NCBI GenBank assembly: GCA_010909165.1
Contig: MU008190.1
Coordinates: 307,159-338,601 of the forward strand
DNA length: 31,443 bases
DNA from: Anthoceros angustus
Taxonomy: Eukaryota; Plantae; Anthocerotophyta
Direction: 5' to 3'
Within the stretch, counting starts at the first letter, position 1; the number at the start of each line of letters is the position of its first letter. This document shows positions 1-11,313 of the stretch, piece by piece. Under the pieces are notes generated by a model. It had not been told where the DNA came from. It searched no databases and saw only the letters and a program-made list of their open reading frames with translations. A program made the position numbers and the translations under genes.

Positions 1-1062
1 TGACATTAGACAAGGACAGGGCGGGGAGCTATGGAGACGGCTCCCACTGCATAGGTATGACCCAGCTCCTGGTACAAACATACTTGCTCTAGAAGGTTCA
101 GACGAGATATCCAATGCATCCATCTGGAGGGCCATAGCAGATTTGATTTGACGCCAGAAAACAACTTTTACCAACAGCTTTGATGAGATTACAGGCTTGC
201 GAAGGCGATGTATGCATGGAGCCTGCAATCGCCGCAGGCGCCCCTGAAGTATGTCGCTGTTGCGATAATGGCGGATGGCTGGCCCGGCAAGGACAAGAGC
301 CCAGGAATGTGACCAGGCCTGTTAACCCGGAGTCGAAGGACGAGGGGCAGGAAACCATTTGTGAGCCGGTCTGCTGATGACATCGTTGTCCGTGTTGCTG
401 GCGTCGCCGTCACGCTCACTTCCCGCGGCCGTCGCTATCACCTTTGGAATTGTGGCTCAGTGCGCGCAGCTGCAGCTGTTGGAGAGCTGCGCGGCAGGGC
501 AGCATGCAAAATATACTCTGCCTGGCCCTCCAATTGTGGGCGCCAATGTGGCTGCCGATCCCGTCACGATCCTGTTTCCGCGATCGCTCTTCGCGATCCG
601 TCTCCGAGTCGCCTCGCCCTGCCGCCGTAGATTTCCCAGGCCCGTCCTCCTCGCCCGGCTGCGCGCCTCACCTACTTCCCCGCTCCCTCACCCGGCTGCC
701 CAGAAATCGGGCCCAGGGCGCGGTGGAGCTGCCCCGACGCGAATTCCATCCCCGCCGCTGCAGCGCTCTCTGCCGAGGTACCCCCTCACTGTGCTGTGCG
801 CGCGTCGCAAGCTTGCAAAATTTGGACACGCGGCTCCCTTCCTGTTTTGTGGGCGCTTCCGCTCGGGCTCGGGGCTTAGCATCCCAGCAAACGTGCAATT
901 GCACGAGGAGCCTTGTCGATTCTTTGAGTCCTGCGTGGCTTCCTCCTTGCTGAGCTTTTGGCGTCATGTTGGGCATTTGGATGCAGGTTGGAGTACGCAA
1001 ATCCCGCCGTATTCTTGGGTTGAGGACCTCCGTGTTGGGCTGGGTGATCTCCTGCGCCGGTG

Positions 1063-4000
1063 ATGGCCACTCCACCGACTTGGCGGCCGCCTACTTGGAA
1101 CGAGAGGAGAGAAAAGAGCCTGAGGAAGCATATTCTGGAGGCTGAGCGCTTCACATGGATCGACCCCGAGCTGGTGGTCCCATCCATGCGGATGGGTCAC
1201 GTAGCTGTGTATGAGAACAACTGCCTCTACGTCCACGGGGTGCGCAAGCATTTGTGGTCACTGTGTTTTCGGATTTTGCTTGCCTCGGGTTGCAGTTTGT
1301 GACTTCGTCTTCTCTTATTTTCGCGCATCCTGGCATTGTCCGGTTTTTGAGACAATCTGTGTGCGACAGGGTTGTTCCGGTGGTAACAAGCTCGGTGATG
1401 TGCTGAGTATCAACCTCGAGACAAAGAGGTCTACGGTTCTTGTGACGACGGGGGAGGAGCCAGGGCAGCGAGAAGGTCACACAGCTTTCCTGATTGAAGG
1501 TAACCTATTCATATTTGGAGGGACAGTGGTCAGGCCCAATGGGTTCCTGGAGAAGACGAATGACCTTCTGTACCTCGACCTCAAGACACTGATATGGACC
1601 AAACCTCAACTTTCAGGTACTTGCTGTCGGTCCTTTCCAGGATTAGGTTTGCTGTGCAACACAATTGCAGTTTGCTGCTCTTGGAGCTGAATTGCTTTGG
1701 CTACAGTGTCAGAAAAGGACTCATGCTTGCAAGCTGATGACATTCGTCTCCAATCCAGGGGACTTTCCGCTCGCGAGAGATTGTCATACTGCAACATTGG
1801 ATAAGCACAATTCCCTTCTGCTTGTTTTTGGGGGAAGAGGCGGGCTCGCGCAGCCTTGTTTGCAGGATTTGCATGTTCTCAATCTCAAGTCATGGACATG
1901 GTCTTGTCCAGCCGTGTCCGGGCACTTGCCAAAGCCACGGAGGGCACACTCAGCAGTGATGGTGGGAGACCGTCTCTTCGTTGTTGGGGGAGACGCTGGG
2001 GATAATCAGTTTGTGACTGAAGTGAATGTGTTGAACATCAACACGTACGAGTGGTCTAAGGTACTCCCTTCTCAACATTGCACAAGTTTGTAATTTCACA
2101 ATGGTCGGCAACCTCAAGTCTGCACAAGCATCATATATCTGGACAGTCTGACGACATGATGGACACTCTTTTCTTCCCACAGTTCGGCATTGTGGGAGAT
2201 GCGCATCCTCCACCCCGAGCTGGACACTCCTGCTTCACCAAGGATGAGAAGGTGAAGTTTTTGACAAGGCACCAAGAATTTTGATTTTTCTGCTCATGGG
2301 TACAGAATCTGATATCAATCCCGGCCCTGAAAATCAGATCTACATATTTGGAGGTATCGGGCGAGGAGGCGCCCGCTTCAACGATTTATGGGTTTTGTAC
2401 ACACGGTTTGCCGTGTGGGTGCAAATTGACGCGACTGGCAACGTTCCACGAGGAAGGTTCTTACACTCGACAACGTTCGTGGAAGACCATGGCCCCGTCC
2501 TCTTCTATGGAGGGTAAGTATGTTGCCCCTAGGCTATTGTCCTAACCACTTGAGGAAGCACTGACACTGACAACGTTGTCCACGAATCCACTTCTACAGT
2601 ATGTATGCAGTTGCAAAACATGGCGCAATGTGTGTAGGATTGCCCAGGGATTTACGTGAGACAGACCTGTGCTCATAGCCTGTGTGAAACAGATGTTCCA
2701 ACACCACACTGGCCGAGGTTCTCATTCTGGACACCCTTGGGTCAGGCGAGACACTTCAAGCGGCCGCCACTTTGTCTTCACATGGCTCAGGAAACTTTTA
2801 CAGCTGCGAATGTCCAGGATGCCGTCCTTCAGAAGGGGAGGAAAATGCTGCGGGAGCTCGCCATTCGCCGGCTTCATCATCACTGACTGTGCCAAATGTA
2901 AGTGCTCATCCGAAGTTGTTCTTGAAAATGACACCCATGTCTACAAGAGCTCGCCTTTCACTTCAAGAAATCCCCTACAATGTCTGAATTCTCACCCTTC
3001 TGAAATTCTCCTCGTAAACTGCCGGAATCAGCAGCCGCATGAAACTCTTCCAGGTAGCGATGACACCATCGTGCGAACATCTCAAGAAGTTGCAGCCCTA
3101 CAATCGGCAATTGACATCACTGTAGCCCAGCCATCAGCAGGTTTGGAACCCTTTACCGATTATAAGGGCGTCACCTCAGTTGGCGGCAGAAAACGAAGCA
3201 GGTCTGAAGAGAGTAACATCACACCAGGGATATTCTGCCTTCAAGATGGTAAGGCCACGGAGGAGATACAAACTTGGAGATGGCGATGCGGCCCTTGTTA
3301 CTGTCTGAATCTATGAGTCATTGTGAGCCCAGTAGTCATTTCCTCCGCAGGATAAGTGTAATCCAAGTCTAACTTCAACGTCTTCAATTGTCCTATCAGA
3401 TTATCAACTCAACAACGAGCGCAGGAGCACCAACAACATCATGGCAAAGGCTAGGCGTGCTCTTGATGTGACCAAGTCCAGACTTGCCTTAGAAGTCAGG
3501 TCGGTTGACAGAAAGGCTGAGAATATGCATACGGAAGTTGACACGAAAACAGGAATCTGGAAACCCTGCTCAGTGGATTCCTCCATCCACCAGCCTCGCA
3601 ACATGTTACTCTCAGACGCAAACAGTGTCGCTCAGTCATTGCAGGCATTGGAGGGACGATCTCAAGAGGCATCAGGAACAACCCAAAGGGGATCGATGAC
3701 ACGGGACTCAGCCACCCAATTTCAAGACGGGTGTACAGTGAGTACCCATCTGTCACTTCCACTCAACGGTCATCCAAACCAACAGGTTCAAGCAATTGTA
3801 GCACCAGTCTTGGGTGGACTTACTGTGCCGACGGCGACAGATGGACAGGATCAATCAACTACGAACGGTTTACATACCAATTACGCTTTCCAGCCTAATG
3901 TGGATCACTTCCAGGATGAAAATGTGCAAATTCGGCCTGTCACGGTAATTTAATCAGTACGTTCCTGAACATGTGTTGGAGAATGCGGATGTCCCCGGGT

Positions 4001-5093
4001 TCGTGATGCCATGGCTCATGTGTGACGAGATACACTGTCTTCCTCCGCAGGCTGGCGTTACGGTGCAAGCACGTGTAGTAGGAGTATTTGAACATGGCTA
4101 TATGTTGTCCGCAGGGATTAACGGCCAGATATTTCAAGGAGTTCTGTTCGTCCAGAAAGTGAGTTGTAGTCAATCTTTGGGCAGACTAGGCTATAACGAG
4201 ATGCATCCTTACATGAGTCGTCAGGCCTTCTGATACATGTATGTTTGGCACATGGTTCTGCGCAGGCAAATAGTGTTGATGAAGCCTCGTTGTCGAACAA
4301 CGTGGTTGCTGTTCCCCAGCAGAGCATAATATTCAGTCCAGCGGCTCAGATGCCAGGCCTGTATGTCAGTACTGCTACATCAGAAACGCAGTGCTTACTT
4401 TCGAATCCTGTTACAATTCCGACTGTGACAAATGGTGAGGTAGGCCTTCTCGAAGATGCAGTCTTTCAAGCTGGAGGAATGCCTGGACGAGGATCTGGAA
4501 GCTATTCAATGGGTGCCAACATCCCTCCTACTTCTGGAACAGGATTCACGCAACAAATCCCGATAGTGGGCGGATCGGCTATGGTCCCGGTAGTGAGAGC
4601 AGCAAATATTGCGGGCGGGCCTGTGCCCGTCCCAAACAGTCCCTTAAGGCCCTTGAGGAAAAGGGCCACACGGCTAGCAGATAATATCCCCCAACACCAT
4701 GGGATCCGGAGTAACCCCAGCTCTTCAGTATTGGGTGCATTCAGACCACTGGCACCGAAGGCTAGGATGCGGGAGATTACCTCATTGCCTCCTCCAGGTA
4801 GCATCAGTATTGATCTTCTTGGGCCACGGAGCCTACAACTTGCAGTAGCTCCCTCCCCTTGTCCGCCGGCAGCAGCAGAGGATTCCTCTCGGAACGGTAA
4901 GAGTGCGAGACCTACAGTTGCCATCTTGATTGCAGTGAAAAGGACCCTAGTACCAGATGACAATAACAGGGTGCTGCGAACATGCGCAGGGATTGTGATG
5001 CACGAATCATGCGATTTTCCAAACGTCTCATTAACCCTGGGTCTTCCCGGTCAAGGAGTTTGCAAGGAGTATGCTCCCTGGAAGGCACGGTAG
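1063..5093 (+). CDS. Plant Kelch-repeat (galactose oxidase/kelch beta-propeller) protein with a long low-complexity C-terminus and a small C-terminal 'G-x-F-x-x-GY...G-x-x-F-x-GVLF' domain; ~926 aa, 11 exons
   Basis: Hand-spliced exons with GT-AG ends and consistent phases: 1063-1239, 1370-1616, 1759-2060, 2183-2251, 2338-2513, 2693-2897, 3032(or 3035)-3248, 3400-3944, 4051-4158, 4266-4896, 4990-5093 (2781 nt, divisible by 3). Kelch blades: RMGHVAV..LYVHGG, REGHTA..LFIFGG, RDCHTA..LLVFGG, RRAHSA..LFVVGG, RAGHS..IYIFGG, RFLHST..LFYGGC. The C-terminal VQARVVGVFEHGYMLSAGINGQIFQGVLF and terminal VSLTLGLPG resemble my recollection of plant Kelch proteins often auto-annotated as 'acyl-CoA-binding domain protein 4-like'. 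I see no ACB domain here. Exons 6-8 are less certain than exons 1-5. Confidence 0.85.
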
Positions 5094-5644
5094 ACGGAAA
5101 TGCTTTGTTCTTTCTAGGTATATACTCACTAAGTACCTACTAGCTTCTTGTTGCTGCTAACTTTGCTTAGGACTATGCTCTTCCTTGGGTGCTGAAACCA
5201 TAGTAGGGATGCCATTTACAGAAGGCAAGTATCCTTCTGGCGAAGCGCAGGATGTGGGTTTCTGCTCGTTTGTTCCCGTTTTATAAGTGCACTCGACAGT
5301 AAGGGTACATCAAGCAATCAAAGGCTGAAAGAAACTTCATATGTCCGAAGCTGCATAGGCCACTATGGACATGTGGAGACACATTTCATGTGCACACTTT
5401 TTACTGGCAGGCTGAAAATACCAGGAGTGCTTCACTTTTCGACATTCTCAGGAAGTGCTGATAGCTAGCTGAGATCCAAGTTGATTTCAACCTATGTATC
5501 TGGACATCCAGATTCAAGGGCTCCAGTTGCAGGTTGCAACTTGCGAAAGTCTTAGAATGGCAATGTGCCTTGAGACGAGGAAGCAGCACTCGAGCTTAAT
5601 TCTGAATATTCGAAGCCTGCACAAAGGGGATGGACGTTTCCGCA

Positions 5645-5830
5645 CATTGTTGGCTCCGATGTACGTGAACCTGGTGCCCGCCGAACTGCACTCTCAGAGA
5701 CTGCACCCAGGTGAAGTTGCGGTGCATTCCGGACCGGCGAAAGGCCGATGAAGTGGCCGTTCACATGGATGTCGGCGTCGGACAGGAGGCAGAAGTCGGC
5801 ATCCTTGTAGCCGTGGAAGTAGAACTGCTG
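5645..5830 (-). pseudogene. Truncated, frameshifted Root_cap/LEA-family paralog fragment
   Basis: Minus strand reads QQFYFHGYKDADFCLLSDADIHVNGHFIGL, then after a frameshift RRSGMHRNFTWVQSLRVQFGGHQ. This is colinear with the intact paralogs, and RRSGMHR matches the copy at 11314-12301. No signal exon or C-terminal half is recognisable. Confidence 0.85.
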
Positions 5831-6856
5831 CAGCTGGCTGCTTGGGGCTTCACAAGTCGAGCCCCCATTTTGCTACTTTGCAAACTTACGAAATTATGGA
5901 GATGGGCTATGGACCGTATGATAGGCAGCACACTCCTCCATGTAAGGTTGTAACTTGTGGACATGGATTCCGTATCATTCAACAAAGTTGTACCGAGCTC
6001 CAGTTCTGAAAAACATGTCCCCGCTGTCCTGCGTACTTCATTGTGAGTGGCAAGCTTACAATTGCCTTGAGCATCGCGTTGCAGCTCATAACATCAATTT
6101 TCTTGTGAGCAAGGGCATCACGATCCTTCAAGCTTGGACCCGGACAACGTCGACTGATGACGAGCATATGTATATGCATATGCATATTCGTCTGCATCTG
6201 GAGAAGCTGGACACATCACACGTGCCAGGGGTGGCATGGACGGCCTCTCAGGCCTGCTCTCAATCCTGATGAGGATGACGATGAGGATGAGGATCCCAAT
6301 CATGCCAGAGTTATCCGAGAGTCTGTTCACGATGTCAAATTAGTTGGCAGATCCTTAAAACTTGAAAGCGGAAGGCATGCCGTCGTGACGCATTCTATTA
6401 TGTATGAACATTCCATGGGAGAGGATCCACTTCTTTATCGGATTTTGTAGACCTTTAGTAGGGCCCATTAGTGGGTTGTTTTTTTTTGCGGCCCACTGTA
6501 GAGATGGGACTTCCCATCTCTGCATATTTTATAAAATCTCCATGTAATCCTTTTGTGGTCTCTTTGGCAATATGCCAAGAGCCAAAGTTGGTGGGCACCG
6601 TCCAGTCCTGTTTGCTGTTGCTCCACGTCTGGGCCGGCAGGCTGGAGCCGAAGATTGCTTTCTCGCACATATGTATGTATGTCTGTGCTTCCAACTTCCA
6701 AGCTCCACGTCCGGGCAACAGTCTGTCCCACGTCACCCGAAAATCTTGCTAATCCAGCAGTTGAAGCCATTTCAAGGCAGAAGCAGCCGATGCTTCGCAC
6801 ATGGGGCAGGGCCACCACACTACTACAGCTACAGTGCGCTTGGTTTGCTTTCCGGC

Positions 6857-6863
6857 TATAAAA
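6857..6863 (+). promoter_or_regulatory. TATA box of Root_cap paralog 1
   Basis: CTATAAAA about 100 nt upstream of the ATG at 6961. Confidence 0.6.
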
Positions 6864-6960
6864 CCCACGGCTTCACCAGCAATCTCAAGCGATCTCAAGC
6901 GAAGTTTCGACTTGTTTCAAGCATCAATTTGCAAGCGCGTTGCCGCAGAGACCCCGCAAC

Positions 6961-7910
6961 ATGGCCTCCTTCCGCCTGGTGGCAGCTCTGGTGGTGCTCT
7001 TGGCGGTGCAGGCATCCGCGGTCAAGTGGGGTAAGCTCCACATGTTGGAATGCTGGAAATGCTGAAATTGTTTCAAGTCATGATCAGCTCACTCCTGAAG
7101 ATTGTTGCGATTGGCTCGACTGCAGATCCCTGCTACTACAAGCCCTCCCTGTGCAAGGACCCGGTGATCAAGACCCCGGGGGGCCAGAAATTCTACTTCC
7201 ATGGCCACAAGGACGCCGACTTCTGCCTCGTCTCCGACGCCGACATCCACGTGAACGCCCACTTCATCGGCCTGACCCGGGCCGACGTGCACCGCGACTT
7301 CACCTGGGTGCAGGCTCTGGGGATCCAGTTCGGCGCGGGCCACAAGCTCTACGTGGGCGCCAAGAAGGTGGCCCGCTGGGACGACGCCCAGGACCAGCTC
7401 ATCCTGGCCTTGGACTCCGCCCCGATCGTCCTCCCCGCCGGCGAGGGAGCCGTGTGGAAGTCCCCCGCCACCGGCATCACCGTCGAGCGCCTTTACGCCA
7501 CCAACCTGGTCAAGATCTCCGCCCAAGGGGTGGTCGACCTCTTGGTCAAGGTCGTCCCTGTGTCTGAAGAGGAGAACCGGGAGCACAACTACGGCGTCGA
7601 CTACGACACCAACTGCATGGCCCATCTGGACGTGAGCTTCCAGTTCGCCAAGCTCACCAGCAGCGTCCACGGCGTGCTGGGCCAGACCTACTCTCCCACC
7701 TTCAAGATGCTGGAGAAGAAGCCGGGGCAGCTCATGCCCACCCTCCAGGGGGAGCAGAGCTACCTCGCCTCCTCCATCTTCTCCTCCGATTGCGCCGTCT
7801 CCAGGTTCGGCGACGCCGCCGCCTCCGGTGCTGAGATCATTGCCAACCTTGCTGAGCTGCAGTGCGGGCCTGCCGGAACCGGCACCTCTGGCATGGTCTG
7901 CAAGCGCTAG
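6961..7910 (+). CDS. Secreted Root_cap domain / late-embryogenesis-abundant-related protein, paralog 1 (284 aa)
   Basis: Exon 1 6961-7030 encodes a signal peptide (MASFRLVAALVVLLAVQASA-VKW). A phase-1 intron spans 7031-7125 (GTAAGC...TGCAG). Exon 2 7126-7910 has the family motifs FYFHGHKDADFCLVSD..HVNAHFIG, RDFTWVQALGI, HNYGV...AHLDVSF, VHGVLGQTY and C-terminal C...GMVCKR (Root_cap, PF06830). Confidence 0.92.
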
Positions 7911-9189
7911 ATTCTGGTCGGGATCGAGCTCTTTGCTCATGGTACTCTTCAATTGATGGTAAGCAGGAGTGATAGACGTACTACATGTATAAAAATTGCC
8001 TGGAATCCGGCCATTTATGCAAGTGTGTAGAAATAGGATGAGAGCCTGCCTTGCATGTAAGAATCCTTGTATCAGGCAGACTGTGCCTGGGGCAAGGAAA
8101 CATGTAATACCCTGTTGGCCTCTATGCAATACATTGCTTCAAAGCTATTAATTATTCATTGGAATCTGAGTCCTTGCAAGTGGGAGAACATCGGCTGCAA
8201 GCTGCAGTGTGCTTTTCATACTGCCTATCCGCCCCTTTGTCTGCGGAAATCACTCTCATCAGGTTGTGGACATACTTGTACAATGGACATCGTCTCTGTC
8301 TTGTGCCTCCTAGTTGTCTTTAATTAGGATGCTTTGGAAGAATAATGAAGGATTAGGAATCCTGGCCAGCCACAAACTCATGAGTCCTGCTTCCTCTTCC
8401 TCTCTTTGCATTCTTAGTTCTGTTTCTTCCCTCTGTTTGGGACTGGCCATCGTAGATTTTAATTGCTTATAAATTCTCCAAATGCGCTAAAATGTATACG
8501 TATCATGAGTCCTGCCCTGCACCTCTTTCTCTTTGCTGATTCTGCTCCCTTTGCTTCATGTAACTGTTTCCTAACAGAATGAAACGTGTTGTAAGTGTTT
8601 GACACTATCGTTCGGGCCAGATGTTGCATAAATTTCTACTAGTTGGTCTACTCCCAGCAAACTTAAGGCGTTTGTAATCAAGTACTCTACATTCTGGATG
8701 CAACGGAGATTGAGAGGACATGTAGCAGCTTACACAATCCACACAGCACAAAGATGCTAACATTCTAGGTACTGTGAACATTTTCAGTGCCACTTGAGAT
8801 GGGAACCATGGTCCATGCCAACTTGCTGGTTTACGCAGGCCCCACAGGAAAGCTTGAACCGGAGCCTGGACTGAACAACAGGGATCTGCAGGTATGTACT
8901 GCCCATATATGTACAGATATGTACTGCCCATATCTGCTGTCATGGATACATAATATAGATTTTCTATTGCAGTGCCGAAGCTTGAAAACAATGGAGAGTG
9001 CCTTGAACTTGAATACCAGTTCTGGGCACCTGTATGCTTCCAGCTGCCTTTGCTAGAGGGGCTCATTTCTGTGGCCAATTCTGCACGCATTATTGGCAGC
9101 GTTATTACTATGCCCCACGTATAATATTAATGCTACTAGACGGCAATCGACCGAGGCTTGCCCCTGGAACAATTGCATTACTTGTCACT

Positions 9190-9231
9190 GGGAATTGGGC
9201 ATTGGGCATTGGGCATTGATGGGCCCAATGC
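9190..9231. repeat. Heptamer tandem repeat (GGGAATT)(GGGCATT)3 with a following inverted segment; canonical G-quadruplex motif on the + strand
   Basis: GGG runs at 9190, 9197, 9204, 9211 and 9221. GCATTGGGC (9206-9214) is complementary to GCCCAATGC (9223-9231). It lies just 3' of the paralog 2 stop codon. Confidence 0.7.
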
Positions 9232-9249
9232 ACACAAGGAAATTTCAGC

Positions 9250-10280
9250 CTAGCGCCTGCACACCATGCCAGAAGTGCCTGAGCCGGTTGGGCCGCACTG
9301 CAGCTCGGCGAGGTTGGCGATGATCTCTCCAGCAGCTCCCCCGAACCTGCTCACGGCGCAGTCGGCAGAGAAGAGGGAGGAGGCGAGGTAGCTGTTGTCG
9401 TCTCTCAATGTGGGCATGAGCTGGCCCGGCAGCTTCACCAGAGGCTGGAAGTTGGGGGCGTAGGTCTGCCCCAGCACACCGTGGACGTTGCTGGTGAGCT
9501 TGGCGAATTTGAAGCTCACGTCCAAATGCGCCATGCTGTTGGTCTGGTGGTCCACACCGTAGTTGTGCACCTTGTTTTCCTCCTCAGACACAGGCACCAC
9601 CTTGACCATGAGCTCCACCACTCCCTCCACTGCGATTGTCACAAGGTTGGTGGCTTCCAGGCGCTCAACGGTGATGCCGCTGGCGGGGGACTTCCACACG
9701 GCTCCCTGACCGGCCGGGAGGACGACGGGGGCGGAGTCGAAGGTGATGGAAAGCTGGTCCTTGGCGTCGTCCCACTGGGCCACCTTGTTGGCTCCGATGT
9801 ACAGCTGGTGGGCTCCGAACTGAATTCCCAGAGCCTGCACCCAGGTGAAGTCGCGGTGCACCTCGGCCCGGGTCAGGCCGATGAAGTGGGCGTTCACGTG
9901 GATGTCGGCGTCGGAGACGAGGCAGAAATCGGCATCCTTGTGGCCGTGGAAGTAGAACTGCTGGCCGCCCGGGGTCTTCAGCACCGGGTCCTTGCACAGG
10001 GACGGCTTGTAGTAGCACGGGTCTGTCACACGATTGGCAGAGAAAATTGCACAACATCAGAGCAGTGCGAGTGCAATTGGCGTCCACTAGGAAAGCCAGT
10101 GGCATCGGCAGCCACCAGTTGAAGAAAGAATCTTGGGTTCGGCAGAGCATCGACGGACCATCAGGCAAGCAATTCAAGGAACAAGGCTTGGTGAGGTCCT
10201 CTACCGTGATAGCCTGCATAGGCGGAAACCTGCACGGCCAAGCAGGCCACAAGAACTGCCAGCAGGCTCATGGATGCCAT
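9250..10280 (-). CDS. Secreted Root_cap/LEA-related protein, paralog 2 (282 aa)
   Basis: Exon 1 10280-10205 (MASMSLLAVLVACLAVQVSA-YAGYH), phase-1 intron 10204-10023 (GTAGAG...GACAG), exon 2 10022-9250 with the same motifs as paralog 1. A TATA-like CCTATATGAA lies at ~10366-10375 on the minus strand. Confidence 0.92.
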
Positions 10281-11127
10281 CTTCGCTAGGATTGCTGCTT
10301 GCAAGAGGGCACCTGACACTGAGAAAGCTGTGATGCGGATATCGAAGAATGCTAGAGAATGCAGGTTCATATAGGTCCCTCCCGAAGGCAAGCCTCAGCC
10401 TGATTGGATGGACAAGTCACTCAGTGCAAGCAACCGTTCCATGTGAGACGGGACACGTCTGGACCGATTTACCCGCCACGACCGGCACGTTCTCACGTGT
10501 CCATCACGATAACTGCAAAATGTTTCAGAGCTGAACTTCCATAGCCCTGTCAATAGTAAAATCGTATCTTTTGAAATGGGTGGAGGTGGCCCTTCCTCGG
10601 CGGCACTGGGAAAGCCGCCGAGTCACCTGGTCAATCGCAGGTGAGGAAGAGGTGGAGCAACAAGGTGTTTGTCAAAGCTCCAGTGGTCGATTTGCAAGAG
10701 ATCCCTGTTAAGCCTCAAAACAGGTTTAGGGTGAGACTCAGTGTCCCTCTTACACTGCACAGTATAAATTGACGATGATAGTATCGTGTGCGACGGATGG
10801 TGGTAAAACGTGGGCGTTCGATGATCCTTTCTCCTTGCAACCTATTTTTCTCGTCTCTAAACTTCTCTCGTGTCCCCAAATGGAGAGGGCTGTGCTGCTA
10901 GCTTTCTTGTCTCTAATCTTATCTCGTATTCCCCATTGGAGTGGGTTCAAGCATTCGTCCAAGCTCGAAGGTTTCGACATATCAGAAGTACAGACCACGA
11001 AAGACTGGCTTAGCAGCGTTGGCTTGTGTTGTGGCAAAGACATATATCAGGCCCACACAAACCTCAGCCACCGGCGACGGCAAAGATAATTTTATGCAGA
11101 ACACTGGAAAAGCTGTGATGATCATTA

Positions 11128-11202
11128 TCCCTATAGTCTGCACCCACAATGTTCCCTATAATATGCCCCCACAATGATCCCTATAGTATGCACTCACCAT
11201 CT
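11128..11202. repeat. 25-bp minisatellite, 3 degenerate units (TCCCTATAGTATGCACCCACAATGW-like)
   Basis: Units start at 11128, 11153 and 11178, downstream of the paralog 3 stop codon. Confidence 0.75.
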
Positions 11203-11313
11203 GCTAACGTAATGCTTTCCACAATTTACTACGTCATCCATTCGAGCTGTGCCTACAGCTTGGATTCGGAACTTCGGAGGGTCTATTAGATGCTCTGAAG
11301 ACAGCAGATCTGC

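Noticed and set aside
377-1075. Overlapping 135-228 aa ORFs upstream of the Kelch gene
   Set aside because: GC-rich promoter/UTR sequence giving Pro/Arg/Ala-rich translations without recognisable domains.
2669-3316. 215-aa ORF as a separate gene
   Set aside because: Only its distal part (3032-3248) fits the spliced Kelch model. The 5' part is a wrong frame of exon 6 plus intron.
6159-6192. GACGA-GCATATGTATATGCATATGCATAT-TCGTC hairpin as a miRNA precursor
   Set aside because: Too short, and made of self-complementary AT/GC low-complexity repeats.
7050-7125. ORF-track starts for Root_cap genes (7050, 10029, 12189)
   Set aside because: They lie in introns. The true starts are in upstream signal-peptide exons.
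7089-8129. 346-aa minus-strand ORF, plus 6572-7567 (+), 9481-10122 (+), 9665-10252 (-) and 11390-12061 (-)
   Set aside because: Antisense or alternate-frame shadows of the GC3-rich Root_cap exons, with no independent protein features.
11128-11202. 25-bp repeats, and the 88-bp LTR repeats, as a CRISPR-like array
   Set aside because: Units are contiguous with no unique spacers, the context is eukaryotic, and there are no cas genes.
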